A DNA stretch of 64,000 nt from Cladosporium halotolerans (taxonomy: Eukaryota), in NCBI RefSeq assembly GCF_011745625.1, contig NW_027191476.1, forward strand, positions 1-64,000. The letters run 5' to 3'. A program made the position numbers and the translations under genes. Below are positions 1 through 12,172 of the stretch, one piece after another. The notes beneath the pieces are model-generated. The model was not told where the DNA came from and did no database searches. It saw only the letters and a list, made by a program, of their open reading frames with translations. Numbering within the stretch: position 1 is the first letter of the stretch; every line of letters starts with the position of its first letter.

Positions 1-79
1 CGCTTGATTGCTTGATTGGCTGCGCAACTTTTGATTGATTGACTGCTTGATCAAGCGCTTGATCAAGCATCAAGCAGTG
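1..79. mobile_element. Probable terminus (TIR/subterminal repeats) of a DNA transposon extending left of the window
   Basis: Seven copies of GCTTGAT/ATCAAGC in 79 bp, including a perfect 26-bp palindrome at 44-69. The array ends in CAGTG at 79 (CACTG on the minus strand). No transposase in the window. Confidence 0.45.
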
Positions 80-814
80 CTTGGTTGTGCAGAAGTCTGT
101 GCGTATAGCAGATATCATTCGGTATTGCATTCGATATTTTTTGCGCTCAAGTCTTAAGTGCCGCTCATCTAGGTGTGTGCAGACGCTCTGCGCTTTCTTA
201 TTGGATTTGATAGATCAAAGCGGTCAAGGACATGCGGTAACCGCCGTACGGTACACAGAGGGAGAAAAGAACTTCGAAAAGCGAGGTTACAGTAGAAGAA
301 AGGTGAGGAGCACTGACAGAAGCGGCGGAGATGTGTGGACATTTTAGCATAGTACGTTCACAAAAGCTATGCGGAATAGCCCGATCGATCGCTCTGATAG
401 TGTTCTGGGAGCAGAGAAAGCGAAACTAGGGTCGAATTGTCTGGAGAGTCGAATCCTTCCGGTACTACCTAGGATATGTGGATGGATTCGCCTCTTATTC
501 TGTAGTTTGACCTTATGTGTATGTAGCTCACTACCGTTTGCATCTGCTAGCTTACATAGCGTTCTGAAGTGGTGTTCCAAAACTGACCCTTGTCTTTTTC
601 TATGAGGGGGTCAATGTAATGCTTGTTGCCACCCCAGCCCGCACGAAGCATGACAATATCGATGGGGTATAGCTGAATTTGTGTTACAAGGGGCAAAGCT
701 GACTGTGCCCCTTTATAGTGGTGGAAAATGCGCTCCAAGCGAGACCCAGGCCCAGCCTGGCCCGAATACAAGAAAGCAAAAATCTGAGATACCAAACTGG
801 CTTACGACGATATC

Positions 815-1010
815 TAGATCCAGCCGGATCCGAGGATGGCATTCAGGCCGCTAAACCAGGCATCTGCCATTTTCTTGTACCCGGAATCATTGGCGTATAG
901 GAAGTCGGCCAAGTCGTTGTTTCAAGTCAAGAACACTGCTCATATCGACAACTTCAAGCTTTTCCCCTAATTGGTAACGGCTGACAACGATATCTGTCCA
1001 AGGAGTTAGA
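815..1010 (-). pseudogene. Fragment of SGNH/GDSL hydrolase (CE3-like), degenerate
   Basis: Minus strand reads IVVSRYQLGEKLEVVDMSSVLD, then after a frameshift NDLADFLYANDSGYKKMADAWFSGL. This matches the SGNH block V pattern D.LHPND.GY.KMA.AW with the catalytic His lost. Confidence 0.6.
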
Positions 1011-1578
1011 ACGCTAATACCCAACGCCGCTATAGGCTCACACTCATCGTTATTTGAGGCTTGGCTCTTGGGAGAAAAACATCCATGCTTCCCGGCCTTG
1101 CCGCCGGCAGACAGCGAGTGCTAGATAGCAGCGGGCACGTCTAGGTATCCCTTATGCCTCTTCCTAGGTCCAGCTACTGCCCGGCCTTCGTCATGATCCC
1201 CATTAGCGAAGGCAAGGCGCAGACGACTGAGATCGTGTCGTATATCCATGCCTCGACTGTCGAGGCGGATGCGGACGTCATATCGCTTTGTTTCTACATA
1301 GCATTCATCTTGGGGTGAGTCACCTGGTACGATATTCAATAGCTCAGATTCGAGCACTAGGTCGTGGAAGATTGGGATCGCCAGGTAGAAAGCAACGGTA
1401 GATTGGTAGCGTTCTGCGGACTGTGGTCCCGAGCAGGTTCGCGTTCTGCGTATGGTCTATCAAAACAAATTTGCTGTCTGTGCACATTTGGAGTTTGTAT
1501 ACAAAATGCGCTGCGATCCCGGTACGAATAGAGCCCAGCATTGTGAACTCCCATCCTGTGAGCGTCATGTCATCCAAT

Positions 1579-2200
1579 ATGTATATCAAATTGGCGGGTG
1601 CGGGACTTCGTGTTGCAGCACACGCTGTCTCTGCTTCAAACAACGCCATCGGCTCTGCGGGCACGTACGCCATCCATACGCCTAGCTTCAGCCTCGAACT
1701 CGATGTCGCGAACCAAGTAGCTGATCGTCTCGTCGCCAATCCCGGACCGAATGCGGGCGGCTCCTCCTTCAACTTTTTGCTACCGAAATCGGGCAGAACA
1801 GACGACGGTTACTATGTTAGAGACCCGACCACAATCAATCAAGGCATCCTGCAATCTTGCTGAGGGGTCTGCTAGGCTTTGGGGGATATTCAAATCCTAT
1901 GCGCCCGGTATATACTAACCTGTGGACTGATTTATCTTCACATTTTGCTTGTCAGCCAGTAAATGTCACTCCAGTATACGGAGATATTTTAACCAGCGCT
2001 AATCTGACTTCATCGCTTGGGGAAAATCTTCTCATCACTGTGAACCGCACTTGGAGTAGAGACCGGGACTCGATCGTCATGATAGCCCGAGTGCTAACCG
2101 CTAATGCCACCCTACCGACTCCATCTTTCGAGTTATATGACTAGGTACTTAGTAATTAGTATACTTAGCGATACTAAGATTATTAATTAAACTAATTACT
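1579..2200 (+). pseudogene. 5' remnant of secreted DUF5695-like (putative glycoside hydrolase) gene
   Basis: Signal-like N-terminus MYIKLAGAGLRVAAHAVSAS, then SFSLEL..NQVA..L...FNFL...R..DGYY|intron|ALGDIQI, a frameshift, WTDLSS...ILTSANLTSSLG..ITVNRTW, and a stop at 2142 running into TpA-rich sequence. Family call from memory. Confidence 0.45.
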
Positions 2201-2340
2201 CTGACTATACTTATATATCGATAGTTACTTGAGAATTTCATAAATTCTATAATTTGCTTCTTCTTCTACCATCTGATCCTTTTTACACATAGCTTACTAT
2301 TGAGTAGCAAGAACTAGACTGACGTCATACCCGCAGTAGT
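2140..2340. other. AT/TpA-rich, RIP-like mutated tract
   Basis: Dense TA/TAG/CTA (e.g. ACTTAGTAATTAGTATACTTAG, TATTAATTAAACTAATTA) against ~50% GC flanks. Confidence 0.55.
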
Positions 2341-2448
2341 ACTTAGTACCTCGATGCTTACGGGGTATTACGTACACGCTAACTTGTGGAACGAGAATAG
2401 ATTCGCAATCACAAATTTTCTTCGGCGACATGTAGGCCCCCAGCACCG

Positions 2449-4308
2449 ATGTCGAGCCTACCGCAGCCATCAGCAACTTCCACTGGGCGGAAGAACAGGC
2501 TGTCAATAGCCTGTCAAACCTGCCGCTACAAGCACTTCCGATGCGACGGGCAGAAACCCGTCTGTTCACGGTGCTCAATCAACGGCAAACAATGCGTGTA
2601 CCCTCCTTCACGAAGAGGTAATCTGCGTAATAGAGCTTCACCAAACCCGGCGATACCGAGAGATCCGTTGAGCGACCTTGCGGGAACCAAGATACGTGAG
2701 AGCGTTCTGACCGACTATGATGCACCAGCCTTCCCGCCAGGTCAAACTCTCAATCTTGAATCAAGTACCTCGGAGCTCGAAGGCGGCTTAAGGCTCGATC
2801 TGTTAGATCTATACTATGAGTTTTTCCATGCAGCTCATCCTTGTGCTCTTCCGCGACGGTTCCTCATGCACCATCTGTTTGAAAACGAGCTTCAGCTTTT
2901 GGTGAAGGTGATTCACCACCTCGGGTCTTTGTTCGCTCCAATGGGCCGGCCAGAACGAATACAAGACCTGATTGAGTCTGCTCTGAGTGACTTCAGGTGT
3001 GGAACAAGAGTGCCGAACAGCTTCGATGTCCAGGCGGTGCTTCTCTACTCTATCGCTGTTTACTGGAGGAACGAGCCAAATGCCGGCACCGCCTTACTGG
3101 AAGAGACCATTCGCATGGCGACAGGGCTGGGAATGCACCGCAGAGAATTTTCAGAGCAAAACGGCCGAGGAATTGCAGTTCTAGAGGAAAGCTGGCGTCG
3201 AACGTGGTGGCAAATCTTCATTGCCGATGCCCATATCGCTGGTAGTGCACATACATTTTCCTTCCGCACGAGTGGTGTGGACATGACCGTGGACCTCCCG
3301 TGTGAAGAGCATGAGTATGAAGCTGGCGTATGATTGGCCTTGCATTTCATTATCCACGTAGCTATTGACCTATTCGACAGACGATTCCTGCACCCAAAAG
3401 CCTACAGGAGTATGATACGCGAGAGTTCTCGTCAAACGAAGAAATACAGTTCTCATCACATGCAGAGCTTGTAGGCTTGACGAGAGGCTTGTATCTGGCT
3501 CTATCTTGTGACGGCGAGTCCGTATCCGAGGAAGAATGGTCTACATGCGCCAACGTCGACATCAGCATGAGGGGATGGTATTCATTGCTGCCCCCTTCGA
3601 AGCAATGCATACTCCGCCCCGATGGCTCACATGATGAGATAATGTTCAAAGCACAATTCATAATGCACACGTAAGAAGCTCCTTCTGCAGCTCCGTACTC
3701 ATCTTACTGACCTGGGCAGGTGCACCGTGGAATTCCATCGGCGTCTCTCCTCGCTCAAAGCCAGCCCGATCGAGTCCATCTCCAGGTGTGCGCCCTTAGC
3801 TCCGACTGAATCATCTCAGTACTGCAGTCGCACCGGAATTAACGTGCATACCGTCAAATGTATACAAGCCATCCGAAATATCGACGAACTTCTGATCCTG
3901 CCAACTAAACTGACCACCCACTCACCCTTCTTGATCTGCATGATCGCCAACGTCACCATCGCAGACTTATCTGCGTGTCGGCTGGTCTTGCAAGGCAAGG
4001 AGCTGGCGCAACATCGCGAAAGAATCCGCTTGACCCTGGGTACTCTGAAATCCCTCAGCCAGTATTGGATGCTGGGAAAGCGAACGTACGAAGAAATCGG
4101 CATTATCGCACGCGACTCGCTTCTCTCGGTCAACAAAAGCCCTCCATCTGCGACAAGCGATACCCATTTACCTCAAGCTGGCACCATTCCAGTACAGACT
4201 TCTGCCGACACCTCGCAGATGGCAGCCACAAATTTTGACGCATATCTGAACGAGGAACTGCCATTGGAATACTTCGATGTTCTGCAAGAGCCACTTTGTA
4301 CGATTTGA
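2449..4308 (+). CDS. Zn(II)2Cys6 fungal transcription factor with fungal TF middle homology region
   Basis: ACQTCRYKHFRCDGQKPVCSRCSINGKQCVY; LGMHR...EESWRRTWW motif; introns approx 3328-3380 and 3671-3719. Confidence 0.92.
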
Positions 4309-4453
4309 GTAATACCCTGTTGCATGGAACTGGAACAGGGGACGAAAAGTCATGTCGGGAAAGTCGCAGCTCAATCATTCTCATCAAAACGATATTTTCC
4401 ACAAGCCTTCATCCGACCATGTCAACCTTTTCCGCTATCAACCATATTCCCGT

Positions 4454-4903
4454 TCAGCGATACTCCTCATCAATTTGAAGCAACGCAGCCATGCCGTTCT
4501 TTTCATAATCCTCAGAATCCAGAACCATGGTTGCCAGCAGCGTTGCGGGTTCTGTTGCACTGGCATTGTTGCTGATGCGGTGATGGCAGCCAGGGGCCTC
4601 GAACCAAGTCCCGCCCTCTTGAATGACTTTCATGGGGTCGTCATTCATCTTGTTGAGCAAAGAGCCCTTGAAAACGTAGGCGGAGACTGCGGCACCGCCG
4701 TGCCGGTGCGGAGGAGTCATGGCGTCTGGGGGGAAGTCGACGCGCAAACCGACAATTATCTTTCCCGGACAGTTGCTAAGTTTGTAAGAGTAGACGATGC
4801 TGATGTCCGGCATTGGGCGGCTAGGAACAGTTGGTGACTCGCTGTGCTGAGCTCAGGTCTTCAGATTTGCCACATACCTTGGGTCATACTTTGGTTCTTC
4901 CAT
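4454..4903 (-). CDS. Cupin-domain protein (cupin_2/RmlC-like)
   Basis: TPPHRHGGAAVSAYV...WFEAPGCHHRISNN metal-binding motifs; ATG at 4903, intron 4821-4877. Confidence 0.88.
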
Positions 4904-5482
4904 TGTTTCTAGTGCGATCAACGTTCGACCTGAGTCTGGGGAGGATTAGTGATTGGTAGATCGCGAGAATATTTCAGAAGAGTGCTTTCACTAAATGTAC
5001 GATGATTATTTTGGTAAAAGTCACGGTCAACATGACCACCATTGTTTAAGTTATAGCTCCGGGTAGCGCCCGCTGTACAGTACACAGCGCGGGTAGCTAA
5101 TAGCCTATTCGGACCGCGAAGCCTACAGGTTTCGGCCGAAGCAGCCTTCATCCGTCGGCGCCGAGACAAGCTATGATCCACGTAAATTCTGAGTCGGCTA
5201 TCAAGTAGCCTATGAAACCCTCGCTGGCCTCTCACACGTCGGAACGGAGTTGAAGGCGCACACGTCTACCATGACGAAGCCAGAGCTCTACCCTCTGCGA
5301 GGGTCTTTGCGGGTGACCACAATAGGCGAAGGGCGTCATGTTAAAATCTTGCCGTCATCATGTCATTCACGGAGACTCATATGTGATGTCGACAGGTCAG
5401 TACAAGATAGCAGCTACTCGCAGCCGCCTCATTGCCAACCGGAGTGTGCATCACCTACAGCGTGTCATTTGCAAGCTCAAAG

Positions 5483-6696
5483 ATGGCGCCAAAGAAGACA
5501 CAATCTGCGCTCATCGTGCAGGCCAAGGACAAGGCTCAATTGCGACACGATCTTGCCATACCCTCCCCAAACCCCAATCAAATCCTCATCCGCACTCGTG
5601 CTGTAGCCCTGAACCCATCGGATTGGATGGCACTGGAGCTCTTCTCACGAGCCGGAGCCGGAATGGGCTTCGATTTCGCCGGCACTGTCGTTGAACTAGG
5701 ATCTGGCACTCATCAACTTTGGGCGATTGGCGAACGCGTTGCGGGAATGGTACATGGATGTACGTGACACCCTTTTCAGAAAAGGCTGACGAAGAAGGCT
5801 AAGAGCCCTTTCAGATCATTCAGCCGACTACGTCCAAGGTGCATTCCGAGAATACATTCTCACGGACGCCGATCTCGTGATGCGTATACCCGCGCACATC
5901 TCCTTCGCCGAGGCATCCGCGATTGGCATGGGGATCAGTACGGCTGGCCAGGCTTTGTACCAGTCGCTGATGCTCTCACTACCAGAGGTTGAACCGAAGC
6001 CGGTCGACGAGACTATCTTGATATATGGCGGAAGCACTTCGACGGGAAGTCTTGCAATTCAGCTTGCCAAGCTGTATGTGGACTTCACGCTACGTGATGA
6101 GCGTTATTGCTGACACAGCCAGATCGGGCTACCGCGTCATCACGACCTGCTCTGCACGAAATAAGGAGTGGCTCCGCTCGTTGCAAGCAGACGAAGTCAT
6201 TGACTACACTGACGAGGACGCAGTCATGTCAGTCCTCGATTCCATCGGCGCAGCAGGGTTGACAAGCATACTTGACTGCATAGCCAACCCCGACACAGCA
6301 GCTTTCTGTTACCAATGCTTGACGCCATCAGAGCGACCGACACCCACATCAGAACCCACATTTACTTATGCATCACTGATGCCAGTCGGAAGCTTGCCGC
6401 CAAAGCCGGAGTCACTGCCTGCAGACTCTGTCATCATACACAGAATGAACATGGTATACACGAGCTTCGGACGACGGTTCAACCTCCTTGATAGAACATG
6501 GGAGCCTTCTCCTATGGATCGCGAGTTCATGGTTCGATTTTATCGAAGGGTAGAGAATCTTTTGTCCCATGGGAAACTTCGCTCAATGCCTTTCACGACA
6601 ATGCAGGGTGGTCTGGCGGGCATATCACGAGGCATCGCTGAAGTTCGGGATGGTAGAGTGCGTGGCAAGAAGCTTGTTTATGTGGTCACAGAATGA
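5483..6696 (+). CDS. Zn-independent MDR enoyl reductase (LovC/ToxD-like trans-enoyl reductase family)
   Basis: AVALNPSDW, GFDFAGTVV, GAFREY, LIYGGSTSTGSLAIQLAKL, C-terminal VRGKKLVY; introns approx 5760-5814 and 6074-6122. Confidence 0.9.
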
Positions 6697-6739
6697 CTTG
6701 AAGTAGAAGTGGGTGCAAATTCTCTGCCTAATGAAGCAT

Positions 6740-7492
6740 GAATCTACAACCCAAAGCGATGGGAATGCCTTCGCTCTCGCACCGCTGGGACACTGTTCTT
6801 GTACACGTTCGATCAGTCCGTGCTCCGCATGCCAGCAATCACAAAGGCCGGCTTGCTGTCAAGGATTGGCTGCTTAGCAGACAAGCCCTCCTTTCGCAGT
6901 GTCCCAAAGCTCGAAGGGTACTCGTTCTCCTCCGCAACTCCGATCGCCTTGAACTTGTCGGTAGCATCATCTGCTGTGAATAGATCCCATTCTTCTTCGT
7001 TCATGACAGTCTCATCCTCGAGGCCCATGCCCTTATATGGCTCGACACCAATAATGAGTTCAAGGAGAATCGGGTCGTTTACGTTAAGAACGAGCCGTGC
7101 TGTCTCGTGGTTGACGTCTACGAGTACAACAGCAGGAATCTAGCTGTTGCGTGCACCATGTACTCGCTGATGAGCATACCTGCCCTTGAATGGCTAATCA
7201 GTATGAAGGGATTCGTGATTGGTGCTTTTTGAAGTAGTATCTCATACTCCTTCCCAATGTTCTATGCTGTCGGCGGGCTCTGCGGACGATCAGAGTTGCG
7301 ATGACCTAAGCAATCGTAGATGTATGCTAGAAGGTTTTGCGGTAACCACGCAGTGCAGACGCCTAGGACACGCAGATTTGGCGACCCCCCAGACGAAGAA
7401 AACGACTGGTGTCGAGAAGTCCTTGGCAGTTCTTCATGAGTGTAGAGTGCGAGGTTGTGAGTGCCAATGTCGACCAACTCCGGTGCCACCAT
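6740..7492 (-). pseudogene. Alpha/beta hydrolase pseudogene
   Basis: MVAPELVDIGTHNLALYTH, PVVFFVWGVA (other frame), YIYDCLGHRNSD..SPPTA*NIGKEYEILLQKAPITNPFILISHSRAG (nucleophile-elbow position), IPAVVLVDVNHE. Frameshifts plus in-frame stops near 7262 and 6813. Confidence 0.65.
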
Positions 7493-7973
7493 GCTGTCAA
7501 GTGAACGGTGAGGATGTTTCCAAGTAGTGAAAGTGGCATTACATTTAACGAAACAGTCAAGGATTACGATGACCATGTCAGGGCATGACAAGTCCTACCA
7601 GCGTCCCTCTTCTGCGATATACGCAATACATAGCTTACCGCGCTATCGAACTTTCAGTGTTACAACGTGGTTGTATGCCAGCGTATGGCTAGGCTATACG
7701 TGGTCATCTAGTAGAACTGGCAGGTCAAAGCCTCTGCATCGTGGCGAGCGGGATGCTGTTGGATGGCTGCGATTCGAAAGTGTAGAACATGCGCGCGCAT
7801 CTCTTGCCGACTGACAAATTTCCTGTCCCGACGCAGAATTCTGACAACGCCCTCCCTCCTACGTTCGGCTTCGAGATCCGTGAACTTCAAGAAATCCACG
7901 CAGCACCAAGTCGACTCCTGCGGTCGCGCTCACTACCATTCATTCGGCGCCGCCGGCCAATTAAACCTCCGCC

Positions 7974-9017
7974 ATGCAGAAAGTTCTACAGCGCAGCCAG
8001 ACGGCGAAACGCCAGGCGGACCGACGCCTCAAGAAATTGATCGAGCATCACGAAAAGGGCGAGAGCTGGTCGCGAGCACAGGAAGCCCAGCGCATCCGGA
8101 AATTTAACCATTCACTGATCAAAGATGCCCGCGCCGTGCGGCAGGAGAACTGGGCAAGGGGAGCATTGGCGCCGAGGAGAGATGTTGGTGAGATGGCTGA
8201 GAGATACGGTGCGGTGCCGATTTTCAACATGGCGCTTCCCGAGAGACCTGAGACGCACAAACTTAAGTGGCACAGCATTGTGGAGGGCGACAGGGTAGTG
8301 GTTGTGAAGGGAAGAGACAAGGGGAAGATTGGAGCTGTGGAGGAGTTTTCCGAGGAGAGGCAGGCAGTCAAGATCAAGGACATCAATATGGGCGACGTGC
8401 ATGTCCCAGATTGGGCGCAGCAAGAAGGCGCAGAGCCGCAACCCGTCATGTCGCTCAGCTTGCACGTCCCGATCGAAGACGTGCGCCTGGTATACCCGCT
8501 ACCAGACGAGCAGACCGGCGTCGTGAGGGACGTTGTGATTGACCGCCTGGAGCGAGTGGACGAGCAGTGGGACGACGTCAAGCGTGAGTGGGACCAGGGC
8601 GAGCGTGCGATCGTTGGAACCAACACTATCATCCCTTGGCCTGAGAGCTTTGAACCAGACGAGCCCGATCACGAGGCCGATACGCTGCGGATCAGCGTCG
8701 AGGAGGCGACATTCCGCCCCCACCTGATGAGTCCACCGATGCCGACATCAGTCATCGACGAGCTGCGAAACAAATTCTCCAGGTTCCGTACAAGGCACGA
8801 CTGGGAATACGTCCAGAAGAAGGAGGCTGAGGACGCAAGGGACGAGAAGCGGAAGGGCCTTATCTCTACCGTGCGCACGCCTTTACAGGAGTTGGCGGAC
8901 ATGCGGGCGAAGCAAAAGGCCGCAGAGGAGAAGCGTTTGACTGATGAACAGATGGCGAAAATTGGAGAGGTTATCGCGAAGGAGAGGGCTAAAGCTGTCC
9001 AGGGACTGCGCCAATGA
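7974..9017 (+). CDS. MRPL40: Mitochondrial ribosomal protein uL24m (KOW motif)
   Basis: IVEGDRVVVVKGRDKGKIG KOW motif; PPMPTSVIDELRNKFSRFRTRHD conserved in fungal uL24m; single exon. Confidence 0.9.
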   Translation: MQKVLQRSQTAKRQADRRLKKLIEHHEKGESWSRAQEAQRIRKFNHSLIKDARAVRQENWARGALAPRRDVGEMAERYGAVPIFNMALPERPETHKLKWHSIVEGDRVVVVKGRDKGKIGAVEEFSEERQAVKIKDINMGDVHVPDWAQQEGAEPQPVMSLSLHVPIEDVRLVYPLPDEQTGVVRDVVIDRLERVDEQWDDVKREWDQGERAIVGTNTIIPWPESFEPDEPDHEADTLRISVEEATFRPHLMSPPMPTSVIDELRNKFSRFRTRHDWEYVQKKEAEDARDEKRKGLISTVRTPLQELADMRAKQKAAEEKRLTDEQMAKIGEVIAKERAKAVQGLRQ

Positions 9018-9585
9018 AGGCGGGCAACACTTGTGCTCAATGTCTTGTGCAGGAATCTGAACGCCCTGCATTGTACCATACACAGATGTAAAACTATCCA
9101 CCAGCGTCTCGAATCTCAGGCGTTTGCCGCTGCTGCTTTGCGAGGCGAAAAGTGCCCCCGTCTCCAGTTTCACACGGAATACTAGCGCTGCCTTTGGGCA
9201 ATTTGCAAAACAAGTTGTAAGCGTTCCAGCAGTCATATAATGCAGTTGCACTTGTTGCTTGCGTCCTGGTCTACCCTTCATTCTACTTTCCTCGTGCATA
9301 ATGTCTGTTCGTGAAGGGTTATGATCCAGTTGCCATCACAACTCTTGTCCGCCCGGTCTGATTTGGCGGATCCCTGACATGACCACAGGTTCTAGCGTAT
9401 TGCTGGCTAGGCCAAGTCAAACCAGCAGCAGACCGGAACGCAATCTCGAATGTCTCTGTTCTCGCGTGTCCCGTACGGAACTAGACGTTGTGGAATTGTT
9501 ACCTTAGACAATCATGCTGGCCAGCAGCCCTCGGTTGGGTAGGTTTAGCTCATAGTAGGCTTGTTCTTCTCATTGGATGATTCTC

Positions 9586-10240
9586 TCAAAGAGAGATGAT
9601 ACCCGGATACCACGCATTCCCGATCCGCTCGACTTCTTTGGTGAACCTGGGACTGTTGATTTGAAGTGACGCGGCTCCCTTTGCTCGGCGCGGGTCGTGA
9701 TCATCAGGGGTGTAGAAAGGGTTGCGTAGTAGGTGTATGTAAGCTGTTTGCAGTGCTTGAAAAGCCTGTGAGAAAGTACGTGTCAGCGATATATACACGA
9801 CCCCCAGTGACGAGAGCAACACGGACAGGTGTTAGATCTCTATCCTTCAACCCCAAAACGGCCGCTTTCCCTGGTCCGGTAGTACTCGCAGGCCGCCCTT
9901 CCATGTCGACTACTATCACAAGCTTGACACCGGTGTTGGTAACCCAGCCATACATGGCGGTTCTCTCGTCGAGTGCGTGCAGGAGTCCGAAATCGTGCCC
10001 GACCGTTTTTGCAGGCATACGGGCCTCGAAGATATCCAAGCATGAATTGAGCATGAAGGAGTATTCAAGCTTATTTCGCTCTGATTCATATCCTGGCCCG
10101 GACGCAGCAAACAACGAGATGTGAAGGGGATTATTCTGCCACGGATGTGAGTATCAGACCGCGGAAGGGACATTTGGGACTGTAAGTACACTTCGCCCAA
10201 TCACGCCTATGCAGGCGATTGATGGTGTTCGGCTGTCCAT
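9586..10240 (-). CDS. TCA17: TRAPP complex sedlin-like subunit (TRAPPC2L/Tca17)
   Basis: PSIACIGVIG|NNPLHISLF, LNSCLDIFEAR, YGWVTNTGVKLVIVVD, AYIHLLRNPFY; two introns. Confidence 0.85.
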
Positions 10241-10592
10241 CTCTGGTGATCCAGCAATGGAACTCTGAATTGGCCCTGTCGCTTAAGCAAGGGTTACAAT
10301 TTTTACAGGGCGGTTCTCGAAAGTTTGGTGGCCAACATCGAATGTAGGTACCGAAGGCCACAGGCCATCTGCAACCCTGAGAGCGGCTGGCTCCAGGCTC
10401 GCCGACGGCCGACGCGGGCAGAACGTGAGCCGTGGTGGGCTCAACCAATGAGCGCACGCTGATTCTCGACGCTGATGCTTTGGATTCTCGCCACGGCCGA
10501 CTTCGATCATAGACACAGACACGCCGCCCTGTCGTCGCCTCAACACTCTCCACTCCACCATCCACCACACCTCCAACCTCACAATCGCGGCC

Positions 10593-11418
10593 ATGTTCTC
10601 CACGACAAGGCAGGCGACCGCCATGGCTCTCCGCGGTATGTTGCGCCCACGCGCCCAACCAACAGCGACCAGGAGACTGACATCCACACAGCGAGACCGA
10701 CCGCCGCCCTCCAGCCTTTCCGCATCGCCAACGCTGCCTTCATTTCCTCCTCCAGCACAAAGCCCGCCGCGCCCGTCACCCAGAGGCCCGGTCTGGTGTC
10801 CGGCGCGCCCGGCACTCCGCCTCCCATGAAGGCCGTCACCGGAAAGCCTCACCAAGAGGTGCCATTGCCTAGCCAGGAGGGAAAGCAGGGTGTCATGCAA
10901 TATGCGCTGTATGTTTGGGGACACTGGGAAACTTGGAGGAGTATTCTTTAGCTGACAATGTGTTCAGCACCACGCTTGACCAAGTCGCAAACTGGGCGCG
11001 CCAGGGCTCTCTCTGGCCCATGACCTTCGGTCTCGCCTGCTGCGCTATTGAAATGATGCACCTTTCCACCCCCCGCTACGATCAGGATCGCATGGGTATC
11101 ATTTTCCGTGCCTCCCCTCGCCAGTCCGATGTCATGATCGTCGCCGGCACTCTCACCAACAAGATGGCTCCCGCTTTGCGCCAGGTCTACGATCAGATGC
11201 CCGACCCCAGATGGGTCATCTCTATGGGAAGCTGCGCAAACGGTGGCGGCTACTACCACTACAGCTACAGTGTTACTCGAGGATGCGATCGCATCGTGCC
11301 TGTCGACATCTACGTTCCTGGCTGCCCGCCCACCGCTGAGGCGCTCATGTTTGGCATTTTCCAGCTGCAGAAGAAGATGAGGCACACCAAGATCACCCGT
11401 ATGTGGTACAGGAAGTAA
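10593..11418 (+). CDS. NDUFS7: NADH:ubiquinone oxidoreductase PSST (20 kDa) subunit
   Basis: [41 protein letters not shown]; presequence-like N-terminus; introns approx 10637-10691 and 10909-10967. Confidence 0.97.
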
Positions 11419-12172
11419 AATAGGGAGTCTGGGGAGAGAAATAGATACGAGAGGATGGGACGAAGGAAAACCCATGTCCTTGCATTTAGGCGTTTTCGGC
11501 AGGACTTTCGCGACTGCAAAGTGTACTCTGTTCTTTTGTTGTACATACTGAATTCGACGATGATACCAAAAACTACGACTTCGCTTTCACTTGACGTTGC
11601 AATTGATTCGGTAGTGCTGGGTTTGGATCATAAACCATGATGCGAAGGCGCAATGGCATTCATCAGTCCGGCAAATATTTGAATCAAACACGCTCGACAC
11701 GTAAAGCCCAGACAATACTATGGAATGACCTGGAGTCGCGCACTGTGTCCGGCACTGTTCTGGGCATGCTTCAATGGCTTCATTCCTTCCATTAATATCC
11801 TTGCTGTTGTGAGCGCATTGGTCGGCCGTCCCACCATTTTCGCCACGGCTCGGAAGTCCACCAGCAGAAGCTCGTGCGTTTCTGCCTTCGCAAGTTCTAA
11901 ACTTCCCCTCATCAATTCCACTATCACGCTTTTTCAAGCAATCTGACGATGTAACCTTGACTTGCCGATCTTAGGTCGTGCAGCCTTTTGCTTGCGGCAA
12001 CATGATTTCACCGCGCCTGCATCTGCGTGCGGGGCGATGGGTAATCATCTCCTCAATGGTAAAGGTAGTATTTGAAGTGGTCTCTTCCTCCGAAAACATC
12101 TGGGATGGAGACCTGCTTCTTTTTTCATAAAAATAGGACACGACAGTAAAGCCCGAGCTGGGTTATTTGGCC

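Noticed and set aside
6694..6741. Stop-codon readthrough peroxisomal targeting (also checked for ADH, cupin, monooxygenase and MET6)
   Set aside because: No TGA-CTA context and no PTS1 in the extensions.
1..7500. Starship or other giant mobile element cargo
   Set aside because: No tyrosine-recombinase captain or boundary repeats are visible in this window.
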